Shown here: positions 19,613-29,240 of the stretch, piece by piece | Position numbering within the stretch: position 1 is the stretch's first letter | Layout of the letters: each line of letters opens with the position of its first letter | Source of the DNA: a virus | DNA: 64,000 bases | IMG/VR virus record: IMGVR_UViG_3300018080_000131 | Coordinates: 37,075 to 101,074 of that record | Strand: one strand, 5' to 3' | Translations under genes and position numbers: made by a program | Notes under the pieces: model-generated | Told to the model about the DNA's origin: nothing | Databases searched by the model: none | Seen by the model: only the letters and a program-made list of their open reading frames with translations

Positions 19613-20098
19613 ATGACAATTAAGTTTCATAGGCACTCAGGTTTTTATGGTGATGGCAATTCCAGGTATTTCTGGGAAGACAGAGAGTTGGATTTGTCAA
19701 AAGGTGTCATGAAGATTCATACTGTGGTTTCCAAGTATGGTCAGTTGGCTAGTAATGGTAACTTTCAGGAAGATACTGAGGATGAGGAAATTCAGGCTAT
19801 TCCTTTTAATAAGGAAACAGAAGAGCAGATTTATGAGATTCTTCTTCCTCTTATTGAAACAAAAGAGAAGTATCCTCATCTTGTTAACTTCAGATTCTTT
19901 TCCTACAAACACAAATTGTTTGTTACTGGTAGGATGAATAAAGCTGTTAAGATTGCTGTTAAGAGTGGTAGTCATTATTATGGTACAGATTGCAGTAAAA
20001 ACATCTTTGTGCTTCAGAGAAAAGGGTTGGTTGTTACTACTTATTATGAAGATACCTTCAAACATTCCTTCTGGAAAATCAAAGTGGAGAAAATATAA
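19613..20098 (+). CDS. early hypothetical protein
   Basis: AAGGAG RBS; 161 aa. Confidence 0.6.
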   Translation: MTIKFHRHSGFYGDGNSRYFWEDRELDLSKGVMKIHTVVSKYGQLASNGNFQEDTEDEEIQAIPFNKETEEQIYEILLPLIETKEKYPHLVNFRFFSYKHKLFVTGRMNKAVKIAVKSGSHYYGTDCSKNIFVLQRKGLVVTTYYEDTFKHSFWKIKVEKI

Positions 20099-20133
20099 GT
20101 TGAAAAAAACTTTAAAAAAAATGAAAAAAAGAC

Positions 20134-20162
20134 TTGACAAATGACTAAAAAAGTGTTATATT
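20134..20162 (+). promoter_or_regulatory. sigma70-type early promoter, repeat copy 4
   Basis: TTGACA-17-TATATT. Confidence 0.85.
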
Positions 20163-20198
20163 ATAAGTAGAATGAGAAACAAAAAAGGAGAAACAAGG

Positions 20199-21011
20199 AT
20201 GAAACAAACAATTTATTACTTTGGTGAGAAACTTAGCTTCATGATTGAGACAGATTCTTCAGATGAGGCTCAGGCTCTTTTAGACTCTGAAAGAGCTAAA
20301 GGAAGAGCTTGTTGCTGTCTTCATGAAAATGGGAAACATCAGATTTATTCCCAGATTCCAGAAGAAGCAGTTAGGTTTCAGGTAGCCAACATTGACACTG
20401 AGGAAATTTATTTTGTCAGTGGTTGGGAAGAAGGTAGAGATAGTACTGACAAGTCAGCAATTCAGGAAGCAATCAAACTCAATGATACAATCACAATGGG
20501 TAAGGTGATTGTAACTCCAATTAGGTTTACTGATATTCTTGATGAACTGAATAAAGAGGCTCAGAAGGATGATTTACCTCTTGATGCTTCTAGGGAAGGC
20601 TCAGTGATGCATGGTATCCTAAAAGACTCTCAGAAGGCTTCTAATGAGCTTAAAGAGGTATTTGGTGATGTTATTAGTAAGTATACTGATGATGAGGCTG
20701 TAGATGATGGGCTTTTAGTTCCAGTTGAAGACCTTTTGCCAATTACTTATATGACAGCAGGTGTTTATGCAAAGTGTATTGAACCTTTTGTTTTAAAGGA
20801 TGTTATTACTGGTAGGACAATTAAGGGTACTTCTCCAAAAGCTTTGACAAAGAAGCTTATCACAAGAATCATTTCTGCTGTGAGTCTTCAGATAAGTGAT
20901 GGTTCTGCTCCTTCTGATGATTGGATGTATAAAGTTGATGCTTCAGGTTGGGAATTCTTTGTGGTTGAAAACCAGACAGGTTTTACAGTGATGTTTCCAG
21001 AGGAGTATTAA
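20199..21011 (+). CDS. early protein with DUF6573-like C-terminal domain
   Basis: FGDVISKYT..EAVDDG.LV...TVMFPEEY pattern. Confidence 0.55.
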   Translation: MKQTIYYFGEKLSFMIETDSSDEAQALLDSERAKGRACCCLHENGKHQIYSQIPEEAVRFQVANIDTEEIYFVSGWEEGRDSTDKSAIQEAIKLNDTITMGKVIVTPIRFTDILDELNKEAQKDDLPLDASREGSVMHGILKDSQKASNELKEVFGDVISKYTDDEAVDDGLLVPVEDLLPITYMTAGVYAKCIEPFVLKDVITGRTIKGTSPKALTKKLITRIISAVSLQISDGSAPSDDWMYKVDASGWEFFVVENQTGFTVMFPEEY

Positions 21012-21012
21012 G

Positions 21013-21444
21013 ATGACCTATAAAAAAGCACTTGGTTTGCTTATAGGAATTGCTAAGGATAATGGTATTAAGGTTTGTTTTCATGAGAGTGAATCTGAAA
21101 TAAGAGGTTATTGTATACCATCTGAGAAAAAAATAGTTCTTAATAAAAAGGCTATTTTAGACAAGCATGGAGAAAGGATGTTTTACTCAAATGTTACAGC
21201 AGTTTTGGCACATGAAATTGGTCATATTATGCTTCAGCATATTAGGCTTTGTGTAGATAGTTTTGATGAGATTATTGAGCAGGAAAAAGAGGCTTGGATG
21301 TATGCTAGTTTTCTTTTTAGTAGATTGGGTATAAGAATAACTAAAACATTTATAAATAGTATGGAAGAAGGTATTGAGAGTTATAGAATTGCTTATATGC
21401 AGAATATGGCTAAAGCATATAATAAATCAAAAGGAGAAAAGTGA
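21013..21444 (+). CDS. ImmA/IrrE-like metallopeptidase
   Basis: I.LN..., VLAHEIGH, E.EAW.YA. Confidence 0.7.
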   Translation: MTYKKALGLLIGIAKDNGIKVCFHESESEIRGYCIPSEKKIVLNKKAILDKHGERMFYSNVTAVLAHEIGHIMLQHIRLCVDSFDEIIEQEKEAWMYASFLFSRLGIRITKTFINSMEEGIESYRIAYMQNMAKAYNKSKGEK

Positions 21445-21658
21445 AATGAAAAAAACTACAATTTCTGATTTATTTAACAAGAAGGTTGAGTATGGTGGTG
21501 AGATTAGGACTTATGGAAGTGTCAGGAAGGAGCTTGAAGAAAAGGAGTTTCCATCACAATTGATTGACTATTATATGATGGGTTTACTTACTATGATGGA
21601 GAGGAAGGATTCTTCAAAGTAAAAGTGTATAACAAAAAAATTTGAATGAGGTGTTTTT

Positions 21659-21859
21659 ATGGGTAAGAGATATGTTAAGCATATGGAATGGAAGAGTAAG
21701 AGTTGGTTGGAGAAAGAGTATATAGAGAAACAAAAGAGTGTTAGAGAAATTGCTAAGGAATGTGGGGTTGCTGTTAGGACAATTGCTTATTGGCTAGAAA
21801 AGTTTGATATAAAAACAAGAGATATTTCTAAGAGTCTAGAGGTTAAATATAGGAGATAA
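21659..21859 (+). CDS. HTH DNA-binding protein
   Basis: SVREIAKECGVAVRTIAYWL. Confidence 0.75.
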   Translation: MGKRYVKHMEWKSKSWLEKEYIEKQKSVREIAKECGVAVRTIAYWLEKFDIKTRDISKSLEVKYRR

Positions 21860-22298
21860 TATTGTTATTTAAAAACAAGATGAAACAAAAATTAGGTAAA
21901 GATGATTATGGATTTGTGATTAATGGAGAAACTGGAAATTTGGAAATGTCTCTTCCTAAGAAGGAAGAGTATACAATAAAAGAATTAAGCATTGTTTTAG
22001 CTGGTCTTGAAAAATTTAAAAAAGCTTTCAAGATATTAGTGGAAAATGGAGAGTAAATAATGACAAAAAGAATATCAAGTAATATAACAAAATCAAGTAA
22101 AAAGAAACAGTGGACTTGTAAAAAATGTGGTAAAAAAGGTATTGTAGGTGAGTATACACAATCCTTAATCTGTGGTGATTGTGGAAATGTGATTAGTGAA
22201 TTTAAACAGGTTGAGATTATTACAGAACCTTGGATTGGGAAACAAGAAGAGATTATGGAAAGTGATAAATAAAATTACATTTTTTGAAGGAGATTGAA

Positions 22299-22922
22299 AT
22301 GCTAAGTAATTTTAAATTTACAGAACCTTTGGTATTTGATAATATTTATAATATTCCTGTTATAGAGAAGCAGGAGTTTAAGTTTGATGTTAATAAGGTT
22401 ATGGGTTTTAATTATTGTCTAAGTAAGAAGGAATTGATTGAGAATACAATTCATTTTTTCTTAGATGATTATCAGTTTGAGAGGGTTTGGAATAAACCTG
22501 AAAGATATTTGAAGATTCTGAAGGAGTTTAATGGTTGTTTTTCTCCAGATTTTTCAATATTTAGAGATGCTCCTTATCCAATTCAGCTATTTAATGTTTT
22601 TAGAAACAGAATAGTTGGGTTATATTGGCAAAGGAATGGTATTAATGTTATTCCTACAGTTGGTTGGGGTGATGTTGATACTTGGGATTTTTGCTTTGAA
22701 GGAGTAGAGGAAGGTTCTTGGGTTGCTATTTCAACAAGAGGAGCAATTCATAGAAATGAAGATAAAGAGTTGTTTAAAGAGGGTTATAATCAGATGTTAG
22801 AGGTTATTAAACCTGAGAAGATTATTGTCTATGGTAGGAAGTTGGAAGGTCTTGATGGAAACATTGAGTGGATTCCTTGGGACTATTATAGAACAGAAAA
22901 ATTAAATAGTGAGGAGAATTAA
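22299..22922 (+). CDS. DUF4417 domain protein
   Basis: IHFFLDDYQFERVWN.P, SPDFS, YWQ.NGINVIPTV.W, VYG. Confidence 0.85.
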   Translation: MLSNFKFTEPLVFDNIYNIPVIEKQEFKFDVNKVMGFNYCLSKKELIENTIHFFLDDYQFERVWNKPERYLKILKEFNGCFSPDFSIFRDAPYPIQLFNVFRNRIVGLYWQRNGINVIPTVGWGDVDTWDFCFEGVEEGSWVAISTRGAIHRNEDKELFKEGYNQMLEVIKPEKIIVYGRKLEGLDGNIEWIPWDYYRTEKLNSEEN

Positions 22923-22923
22923 T

Positions 22924-23190
22924 ATGGGAGGAAGAGGTTCAGGTTCAGGTGGTGGAGCAGGTGGTGGTGGAGGTGGTGCATCTCCAGAAACACCAGCACA
23001 AGCTCAGGCTATGATTGATTCAATTGATAGTAGAATGGATGGTTTGAGAACTAGGATTAGGTATCATATTGAGAGAGGTGCTACTTCTCAAGCTACTGCT
23101 TTACAGAGAAGATTAAGAAGGCTACAACAAAGAAAAAAAGCTTTACAAGCTTTAATGAAGAGGCTTCAAAAAGCTGGTGTTCCAACATAA
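22924..23190 (+). CDS. MGGRG-start Gly-rich/coiled-coil protein (DUF4417 partner)
   Basis: MGGRGSGSGGG N-terminus, GAGGAG RBS. Confidence 0.7.
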   Translation: MGGRGSGSGGGAGGGGGGASPETPAQAQAMIDSIDSRMDGLRTRIRYHIERGATSQATALQRRLRRLQQRKKALQALMKRLQKAGVPT

Positions 23191-23205
23191 TAATTAGGAG
23201 ATATA

Positions 23206-24756
23206 ATGGATTTTAAAGGATTTTTCTATAGGGTTTGGTATGATTGGTTGAATCTAAGAAAGAATGTATTCTGTCCTTTGGCAAAAAAGAATAATTGGAA
23301 ATGGTTATTTAATGTTTGTGATTGTCAGAGATATGAACCTAAATATATTTGGGTATGGGTATGTTCTGATTGTGGTAAGTTGACAGAAGAAGGAAAACCA
23401 AAAGCTATTTATAAAAAATTCCTTAAAGGAACAGAACCTACAGAGAAGTGTACTTGTGCAATTATACCACCAATAGAAAAAGTAGAAAGAACCATTTGTC
23501 TTGTTAGTGGATTGCTTGCTAGAGGTTTCTGTTTACATACAGAAGTGAGAGAATACAACAAAGGAACAGAACCTACAGAGAAGTGTGATGTTCATGATTT
23601 TGTAAAATCTAAAAGAGATGAAGAAAAATGTGCAGGTATGCTAGGTTTCTTTTTAAGCTTTATTAGACAAGCTTGGAATCCTAAAGACCAGATGAAAACT
23701 GTTGAGGAACACCAAGCTGTTTTTTCTGAGTTAGCAAGAAGAGGATATAAGTATGTTGATTGGTTTATGTGGTTATGTGATAATAAATATGAACATAAAT
23801 ATTTAAATGATAAGACTCCTTTTTATCAATATAAAAATGCTGTTGGGAAAAGGATGTTTGATTTAATGAAATGGGATGAAAGATTTTGGGAATTGTTTGA
23901 GATATTTATTAAACTACATAAACAGTTTAATCTTGTCCCTGTTCCTCAGATTCTTATGGCTAGATATTGTGATTATCCTTTTGAGAATAATAGAAATAAA
24001 GTTAGAGGTTTTTGGGATAAAACAGCTAGAGATGTTCAGTATGATTTGATTGATAAAACTGTTAGCATTGTTAAAGGAATTGTTGGAAAAGATTTTCTTG
24101 TGAAGTTTGTAAATGAACCTCAGCATGGTGGAAGTGATAGTAGGTTTCATACAATTGCTGAATGGCATCATGATATGTTTTGGCATGGTCTTTGCAAACA
24201 TTTTGATACTGGAGAAGAGGCTTTGAGTCATTTGGTCATTGATAATTCTGGTTCTGAAGCTGGTCAATTGTTGTTGGTTTGGCATCATGGTGGTGAAGAT
24301 GGTCAAAGGTGTCCTAAATGTGGTAAGCTTTTTAAAGATATATTTGGCTACAGTACTGAAGAATGGATGGGTAGGCTTAGAATTGGAGAACAGCACACTG
24401 TTAGTATTGTGGATGATTTGGAAGCTGGTCATAATTCTTTAAGAAAGTTTTTTGGTTCTGCTAATAGAAAGGTGAGATGGCATGAAGATGGTGGTGCAAG
24501 TGATTGTTCTAAAGCTCATGGTTACCATAATGGATATTGTTTTGCTAATGCTGAAGAGTATGGTAAAATGTGTGCTAAGGTATGGAAGATGCAAGCTGAA
24601 AGAGGAAGAGGAAAGATATGTTATATTTGTATATTTCCTGCTGAAACATTATTTTATATTGATAAGGTTTTCCTAGAAACTTACAGAGTAGATACTATTA
24701 ATTGGGACAGATTTGATGAAATGGTGAAAATGCATAAAAAATATCTTGGAGATTGA
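23206..24756 (+). CDS. Cys-repeat N-terminus plus glycoside-hydrolase-like (TIM barrel?) domain
   Basis: Two KGTEPTEKC repeats; FVNEP acid/base-like motif; aromatic-rich. Confidence 0.45.
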   Translation: MDFKGFFYRVWYDWLNLRKNVFCPLAKKNNWKWLFNVCDCQRYEPKYIWVWVCSDCGKLTEEGKPKAIYKKFLKGTEPTEKCTCAIIPPIEKVERTICLVSGLLARGFCLHTEVREYNKGTEPTEKCDVHDFVKSKRDEEKCAGMLGFFLSFIRQAWNPKDQMKTVEEHQAVFSELARRGYKYVDWFMWLCDNKYEHKYLNDKTPFYQYKNAVGKRMFDLMKWDERFWELFEIFIKLHKQFNLVPVPQILMARYCDYPFENNRNKVRGFWDKTARDVQYDLIDKTVSIVKGIVGKDFLVKFVNEPQHGGSDSRFHTIAEWHHDMFWHGLCKHFDTGEEALSHLVIDNSGSEAGQLLLVWHHGGEDGQRCPKCGKLFKDIFGYSTEEWMGRLRIGEQHTVSIVDDLEAGHNSLRKFFGSANRKVRWHEDGGASDCSKAHGYHNGYCFANAEEYGKMCAKVWKMQAERGRGKICYICIFPAETLFYIDKVFLETYRVDTINWDRFDEMVKMHKKYLGD

Positions 24757-24830
24757 AAAAAATTTTGATGTGTAAAGTATTGTATAATAATAACTTAGAA
24801 AAAAATTTAAAAAAAATGTTAAAAAAACAC

Positions 24831-24859
24831 TTGACAAACAAGAAAAAATGTTGTATATT
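24831..24859 (+). promoter_or_regulatory. sigma70-type early promoter, repeat copy 5
   Basis: TTGACA-17-TATATT. Confidence 0.85.
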
Positions 24860-24892
24860 ATAAGTACAATGAGAAACAAAGGAGAAACAAAG

Positions 24893-25198
24893 ATGACAGA
24901 AACAAAAGAAAGACCAGAGGTTAAAGCTGGTGATTTTGTCAATCCTGATGGTTGGGGAAAGTGGAATGGTGAAATACTTCAGGAAGATGATGGTTTCAAA
25001 GATTCTTCTTTTCCTGGTTGCCAGTTCAGGCTTCCTTCTAATACCTGTCCTGATTGTAAGTTTGCTGTTAATGTCAGAATAACAGGTAAGGAAAGATGGG
25101 ATAAAGGTTCTGGTTGGTTCAGGTGTGAAGTTGAGTTTGTTGGTGATGGAGAACCTTCAACATTCACCAGAGGCTGGCTTCATAAGAATGTTTGGTAA
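24893..25198 (+). CDS. early hypothetical protein
   Basis: AAGGAG RBS. Confidence 0.6.
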   Translation: MTETKERPEVKAGDFVNPDGWGKWNGEILQEDDGFKDSSFPGCQFRLPSNTCPDCKFAVNVRITGKERWDKGSGWFRCEVEFVGDGEPSTFTRGWLHKNVW

Positions 25199-25805
25199 AA
25201 AGGAGAGATAAAATGGCATTAGGAAGTAAGAAAAGAGATTATGTAACTTCAGCAAGATTGGTTGAAAAAAGGCTTGCTCTTCATTTTCAGTTTATGAATG
25301 AATATATTCAAAATGGAATGGAAAAAGATGAAGCAAGTAAGAAAGCTTTTAAGGATATTCAAGAAGGAAGGATAAAGTAATGGTTGGTTACATTAGTTGG
25401 AAATATAATAATGCATGTTTACCAGAAGAAGGCTATATTGAAGTTGTGATTATGACAAAGAAAGAGAAGATTAGTAACTTCTATAAAATTAAAAGATTTG
25501 AAGGTGATGATTTGAGAGATGGTAATATTGCTGTATTCTACAATAGATTAATTACTGGTTCTTTTTGGAGAAGTGGTCAAACTATTTTTTATACTGATAA
25601 TGTTCCTTGTAGAACTAATGTTGAAGAGTTAAAGAGTTATAAGGTTTGTGAGAATTGTATTCATCTTACACAAGGTTTCCACCAGATAAAGGGTAGAAAA
25701 ACTTATACTTTTGAGTGTGGTAGTTTTGAAAGTAAGAAGAAAGGAAAGAAGGTTAGTTTATCAGATACCTGTGAAAAGTTTTTTTCAAAAAAATGAAAAA
25801 AAGAC

Positions 25806-25834
25806 TTGACAAATAAAATAAAATGTGTTATATT
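25806..25834 (+). promoter_or_regulatory. sigma70-type early promoter, repeat copy 6
   Basis: TTGACA-17-TATATT. Confidence 0.85.
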
Positions 25835-25867
25835 ATAAGTAGAATGAGAAATAAAGGAGTAAAAAAG

Positions 25868-26251
25868 ATGAGTAGAGAAGAAAGTAATAGGCTTGAGAGG
25901 CTTATGAGTGGTTTGGAAGAAGTTACTGGTCATAGGGCTTCTATGAGTCAGAAGGAGCTTTGGAATCTTGCTCCTAAAGAGGCTAAAAGAACTGTTAGGA
26001 AAATGAGAAGACTTGAAAAAAAAGCTAAAAGGCTTCCTAGTAGGAGTTCTCATCCTGAGCTTCAGAGTGTTACTGTTCCTAGATTGGCTGATGGTCTTAT
26101 GAGATTGGTTGGTAATACTCTTAGGGTTGGAAATAAAGTTCTTGTTGGTGGAGAACCTGCTAGACAGCTTCATAAACATGGTGCTATGATGGAAAGTGAT
26201 TATCAGAATTATAAAGCTAAAGATTCTAAAAATAAATCAAGGCATTTGTAA
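25868..26251 (+). CDS. basic early hypothetical protein
   Basis: AAGGAG RBS. Confidence 0.6.
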   Translation: MSREESNRLERLMSGLEEVTGHRASMSQKELWNLAPKEAKRTVRKMRRLEKKAKRLPSRSSHPELQSVTVPRLADGLMRLVGNTLRVGNKVLVGGEPARQLHKHGAMMESDYQNYKAKDSKNKSRHL

Positions 26252-26499
26252 AAATGTGAGGTGATATGAATGAGTAAATATAATGTTAGGGTTTTAAGTT
26301 TTCTATATGATATTAATAAGCTTGATTCAGATATTGCTGGGTATCCTCATTATTTTACTGTAGAAGCAAAATCCAAAAAAGAAGCAGAAGAGAAAATGAG
26401 AAAGAAAATGGTTAAAAGATATGGAGAAAACTATTTTAAAATAACTGATGTTGAATTATATGATAAAGATTTTGCTTCTTATGATTAAAGGAGAATAAA

Positions 26500-27126
26500 A
26501 TGAGTGAGCTTCTAGAAAAATTCAAGAGTCTTTTAAAGAAAAGAGAAGGAATTGTACATGAAAGAAGCAAGCTTTATAAGTTGAAGTTTGATATGAGAGA
26601 TGCAGATTATCAAGAGAGATATGATAAAACTAAGTTCCAGCTAAGAAAGTTTGATGATAGAGAGAGAAAGATTAACAAGCTTCTTGATGGTCTTGCTAAA
26701 GAGCTTCCTGTTCAGGTTAGTAAGAATTGGAAGAAGTATGATTCAGTTTGGGAGTCAACATATTCTTCTCAAGGGTTTGGTTCTTATAAGTATGCTAAGG
26801 AAAGAGCAGAAAAAATAGCTGATGATATTAAAGTGAATGGTGTTCCAGTGAAGATAGAGATTGAAACAAAGAAGTTTGAAGGTTCTGGTTCTATATTTAG
26901 TAGTAGAAATTCTCATTCAACATTTAATATTTATGTGAAAGCTGATAAGGTAAATAGAGAGATTCTTAAAAGAAAACCTGGAGTTACTTTTAGGGAATGG
27001 ATTAGGTTATGCTGGAAAAGAGGTGTTAATCCAAGAGTATATAATCCTTTTCTTCCTCATGGTTTGGAAGAGAAGCTTGAGATTGATTATTTTGGAAATG
27101 ATTTAAGAAAAGGAGAAGTAAAATGA
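26500..27126 (+). CDS. hypothetical protein
   Basis: AAGGAG RBS; 208 aa. Confidence 0.6.
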   Translation: MSELLEKFKSLLKKREGIVHERSKLYKLKFDMRDADYQERYDKTKFQLRKFDDRERKINKLLDGLAKELPVQVSKNWKKYDSVWESTYSSQGFGSYKYAKERAEKIADDIKVNGVPVKIEIETKKFEGSGSIFSSRNSHSTFNIYVKADKVNREILKRKPGVTFREWIRLCWKRGVNPRVYNPFLPHGLEEKLEIDYFGNDLRKGEVK

Positions 27127-27323
27127 CAGTAAAAGAATTAATCAAAAGGCTTGAGGCTTTGGATGCTCCTGAAGCTTTAATTTTTGTTGATGTAATGAGA
27201 TTTGGTGATGTTGTGCAAAGTGGATTGCAAATTACTAGGGTAGAAAGAGAAGATAATTTTGAAATCTCCCATGTTGTGGAGTTTACAATAGAAAAGTAAT
27301 TTAAATTAATTAGGAGAAATAAA

Positions 27324-27983
27324 ATGAATGAAAATGAAAACAAAGAAGCCAAGGATTCTAGGGTTGGAGTGCTTAACAAGCATAGTTTGGATTTATTCTT
27401 ATTAGTTGATAAGAATAAGGCTATGAAAAGGGATGTTTTAAATGGTATTCATGTTACAGGTGAGTTTACAGAAGTTACTAATGGTCATTATGCTATGAGA
27501 ATTAGTAATAATCATATGCATCATGATGATTATCCAAATGGTCCAAATGGTGAAAAGATTAGTGATAAGAAGGAAGTTGATATTGTTGTTCCTGTGGAAG
27601 TTGCAAAAAAACTACAAAAGAATTTGCCAAAAATGAAGAGTCTTCCTATGATGGAAAATGCTGTTTTTGGTGAAAACACAAAAGAAGATAATTCAAATGT
27701 TGAAATTATCACTTATGATTTAGAGGCTTGGAATCCAGTTAACTTCAAACCTATTGAAGATAAGTTTCCTGATATGGATGCTGTCATTCCAAAGAAACAA
27801 GCTGAAATTGAAATTGGTTTTAATCCAGATTATATGATAAAGCTTTGTCAACAGTTTAAGAAGAATGGTGTTGATACAGTTAAGCTGTCTATTCATTCTC
27901 CAACAGAGGTTATGGTGTTGGATGGATGGAATTCTAGAACTGACCAGGAGATAAAAGCTTTGTTGATGCCAAAAAAGGTCTAG
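27324..27983 (+). CDS. DNA polymerase III beta-clamp-like protein (two-domain)
   Basis: LNGIH...TNGHYA, KFPD..VIP, IGFNPDY, ALLMP resemble DnaN domains 2-3. Confidence 0.7.
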   Translation: MNENENKEAKDSRVGVLNKHSLDLFLLVDKNKAMKRDVLNGIHVTGEFTEVTNGHYAMRISNNHMHHDDYPNGPNGEKISDKKEVDIVVPVEVAKKLQKNLPKMKSLPMMENAVFGENTKEDNSNVEIITYDLEAWNPVNFKPIEDKFPDMDAVIPKKQAEIEIGFNPDYMIKLCQQFKKNGVDTVKLSIHSPTEVMVLDGWNSRTDQEIKALLMPKKV

Positions 27984-28093
27984 AATATGGGTAAAATTTA
28001 TGCTTCTAAGGCTCTAAGAGGCTTTCTAAGCTAAAAACTATGTTGTATAAGTATATTTGCATTAGTGAGTAGATTGAGGAGCTTAAAATGGGT
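27975..28093. repeat. ~115 bp phased intergenic element, copy 3
   Basis: Colinear with copies at 9921 and 14985. Confidence 0.75.
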
Positions 28094-28311
28094 AATAGGA
28101 AGAGACAAAAAGAGAATTTGAAGAAGCTTCAGGAGTGGATGTTGGAAAAAGAAAAGGAAAATAAAGACAAAGAGATTAGAAAAATGAAGGATAAGAAACA
28201 TGAGGCTATTAGGAAAGAAAAGGAGAAAAAGAAAAATCTGAAAAGAGTTGACAAGATGAGAAAGAATGTTGATAGATTAAAAAGAAAAAAGGAGAGGGAG
28301 AAGATGAAGAA

Positions 28312-28737
28312 GTGAAAAAAATTTTATGTTTGTTGGCTATGTTGCTTTTTATTCCAGGGTGTATTATAATCAGTGAGGATTTTCAATATAGCAGATATGA
28401 GAGGTTAAGGTTTAGAAATCCTGTTAGAACAGTTTATTACAGTTATTGTGATTATAGTATTTGGAATCCTTATTGGTATACTAATTGGTATTATGCTAAT
28501 TGGTACAATTGGAGATATAATAGATACTGGAGAAGTTACAGAAATAATTATTATTGGTCAGGTACAACAAGAAGTTCTTCTAGTGATGTAATATCAAAAA
28601 GTAGTTTGAGAGATAGAAGTAAAAATAAAAGAGTGAGTGGGGTTGTTTCAAAAAGTAAGATTAAACAAAAGACCAGTAATAGTGGTTCTAAAAAAACAGT
28701 GAATAAAAGTAAGGGAAAGGTTAAAAAAAAGAAATAA
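28312..28737 (+). CDS. putative lipoprotein (Tyr/Trp-rich, basic tail)
   Basis: MKKILCLLAMLLFIPGC lipobox-like signal. Confidence 0.55.
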   Translation: MKKILCLLAMLLFIPGCIIISEDFQYSRYERLRFRNPVRTVYYSYCDYSIWNPYWYTNWYYANWYNWRYNRYWRSYRNNYYWSGTTRSSSSDVISKSSLRDRSKNKRVSGVVSKSKIKQKTSNSGSKKTVNKSKGKVKKKK

Positions 28738-28754
28738 GATAATAGGAGTAAAAA

Positions 28755-29240
28755 ATGCCTTATGTAAAACAAGCATTAAGAAAAAAATTAGATAATTTGG
28801 TAAAGATTTTTATTGAGTATATGGAAGCTAATGATTGTCTTTGTTGGGATTATATTCTTTTTAAAGATGCTGAAAGAAATATAGACCCAGGTTATAATAA
28901 CTACAAAAATTATATTGGTGAAATTACAGAGAGTGTTAATGAAATGGAAAGAAGATTTGGAAGGTCTTCTGTTATGGGAGAAATAATTAATGTTCCTATT
29001 TTCTTTGATGATGAATTTAATGCTTTAAATAATCTTGTAGATGAAATATCTTCTTTATCTATTAATGGTGATTTGAATTATGTGCTGTTTGCTTTTGGGA
29101 AAAGATTTGATTTTAATAATAGTAGATATAAAATAGAGGATTATCTTTTACAATTGAAAAAAACAGTTGGTTTAATTAGGGATAGGATTTTGTCAATTTA
29201 TGAGAATGTAAAAATAGATGAAAATGGAGATGTTAAATGA
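28755..29240 (+). CDS. conserved phage protein with internal duplication
   Basis: MPYVKQ..R, GDLNYV, YE..KIDENGDV motifs. Confidence 0.55.
   Translation: MPYVKQALRKKLDNLVKIFIEYMEANDCLCWDYILFKDAERNIDPGYNNYKNYIGEITESVNEMERRFGRSSVMGEIINVPIFFDDEFNALNNLVDEISSLSINGDLNYVLFAFGKRFDFNNSRYKIEDYLLQLKKTVGLIRDRILSIYENVKIDENGDVK

Noticed and set aside
2221-25870. CRISPR array from repeated motifs
   Set aside because: Repeats are dispersed promoters hundreds to thousands of bases apart, not a repeat-spacer array; no cas genes
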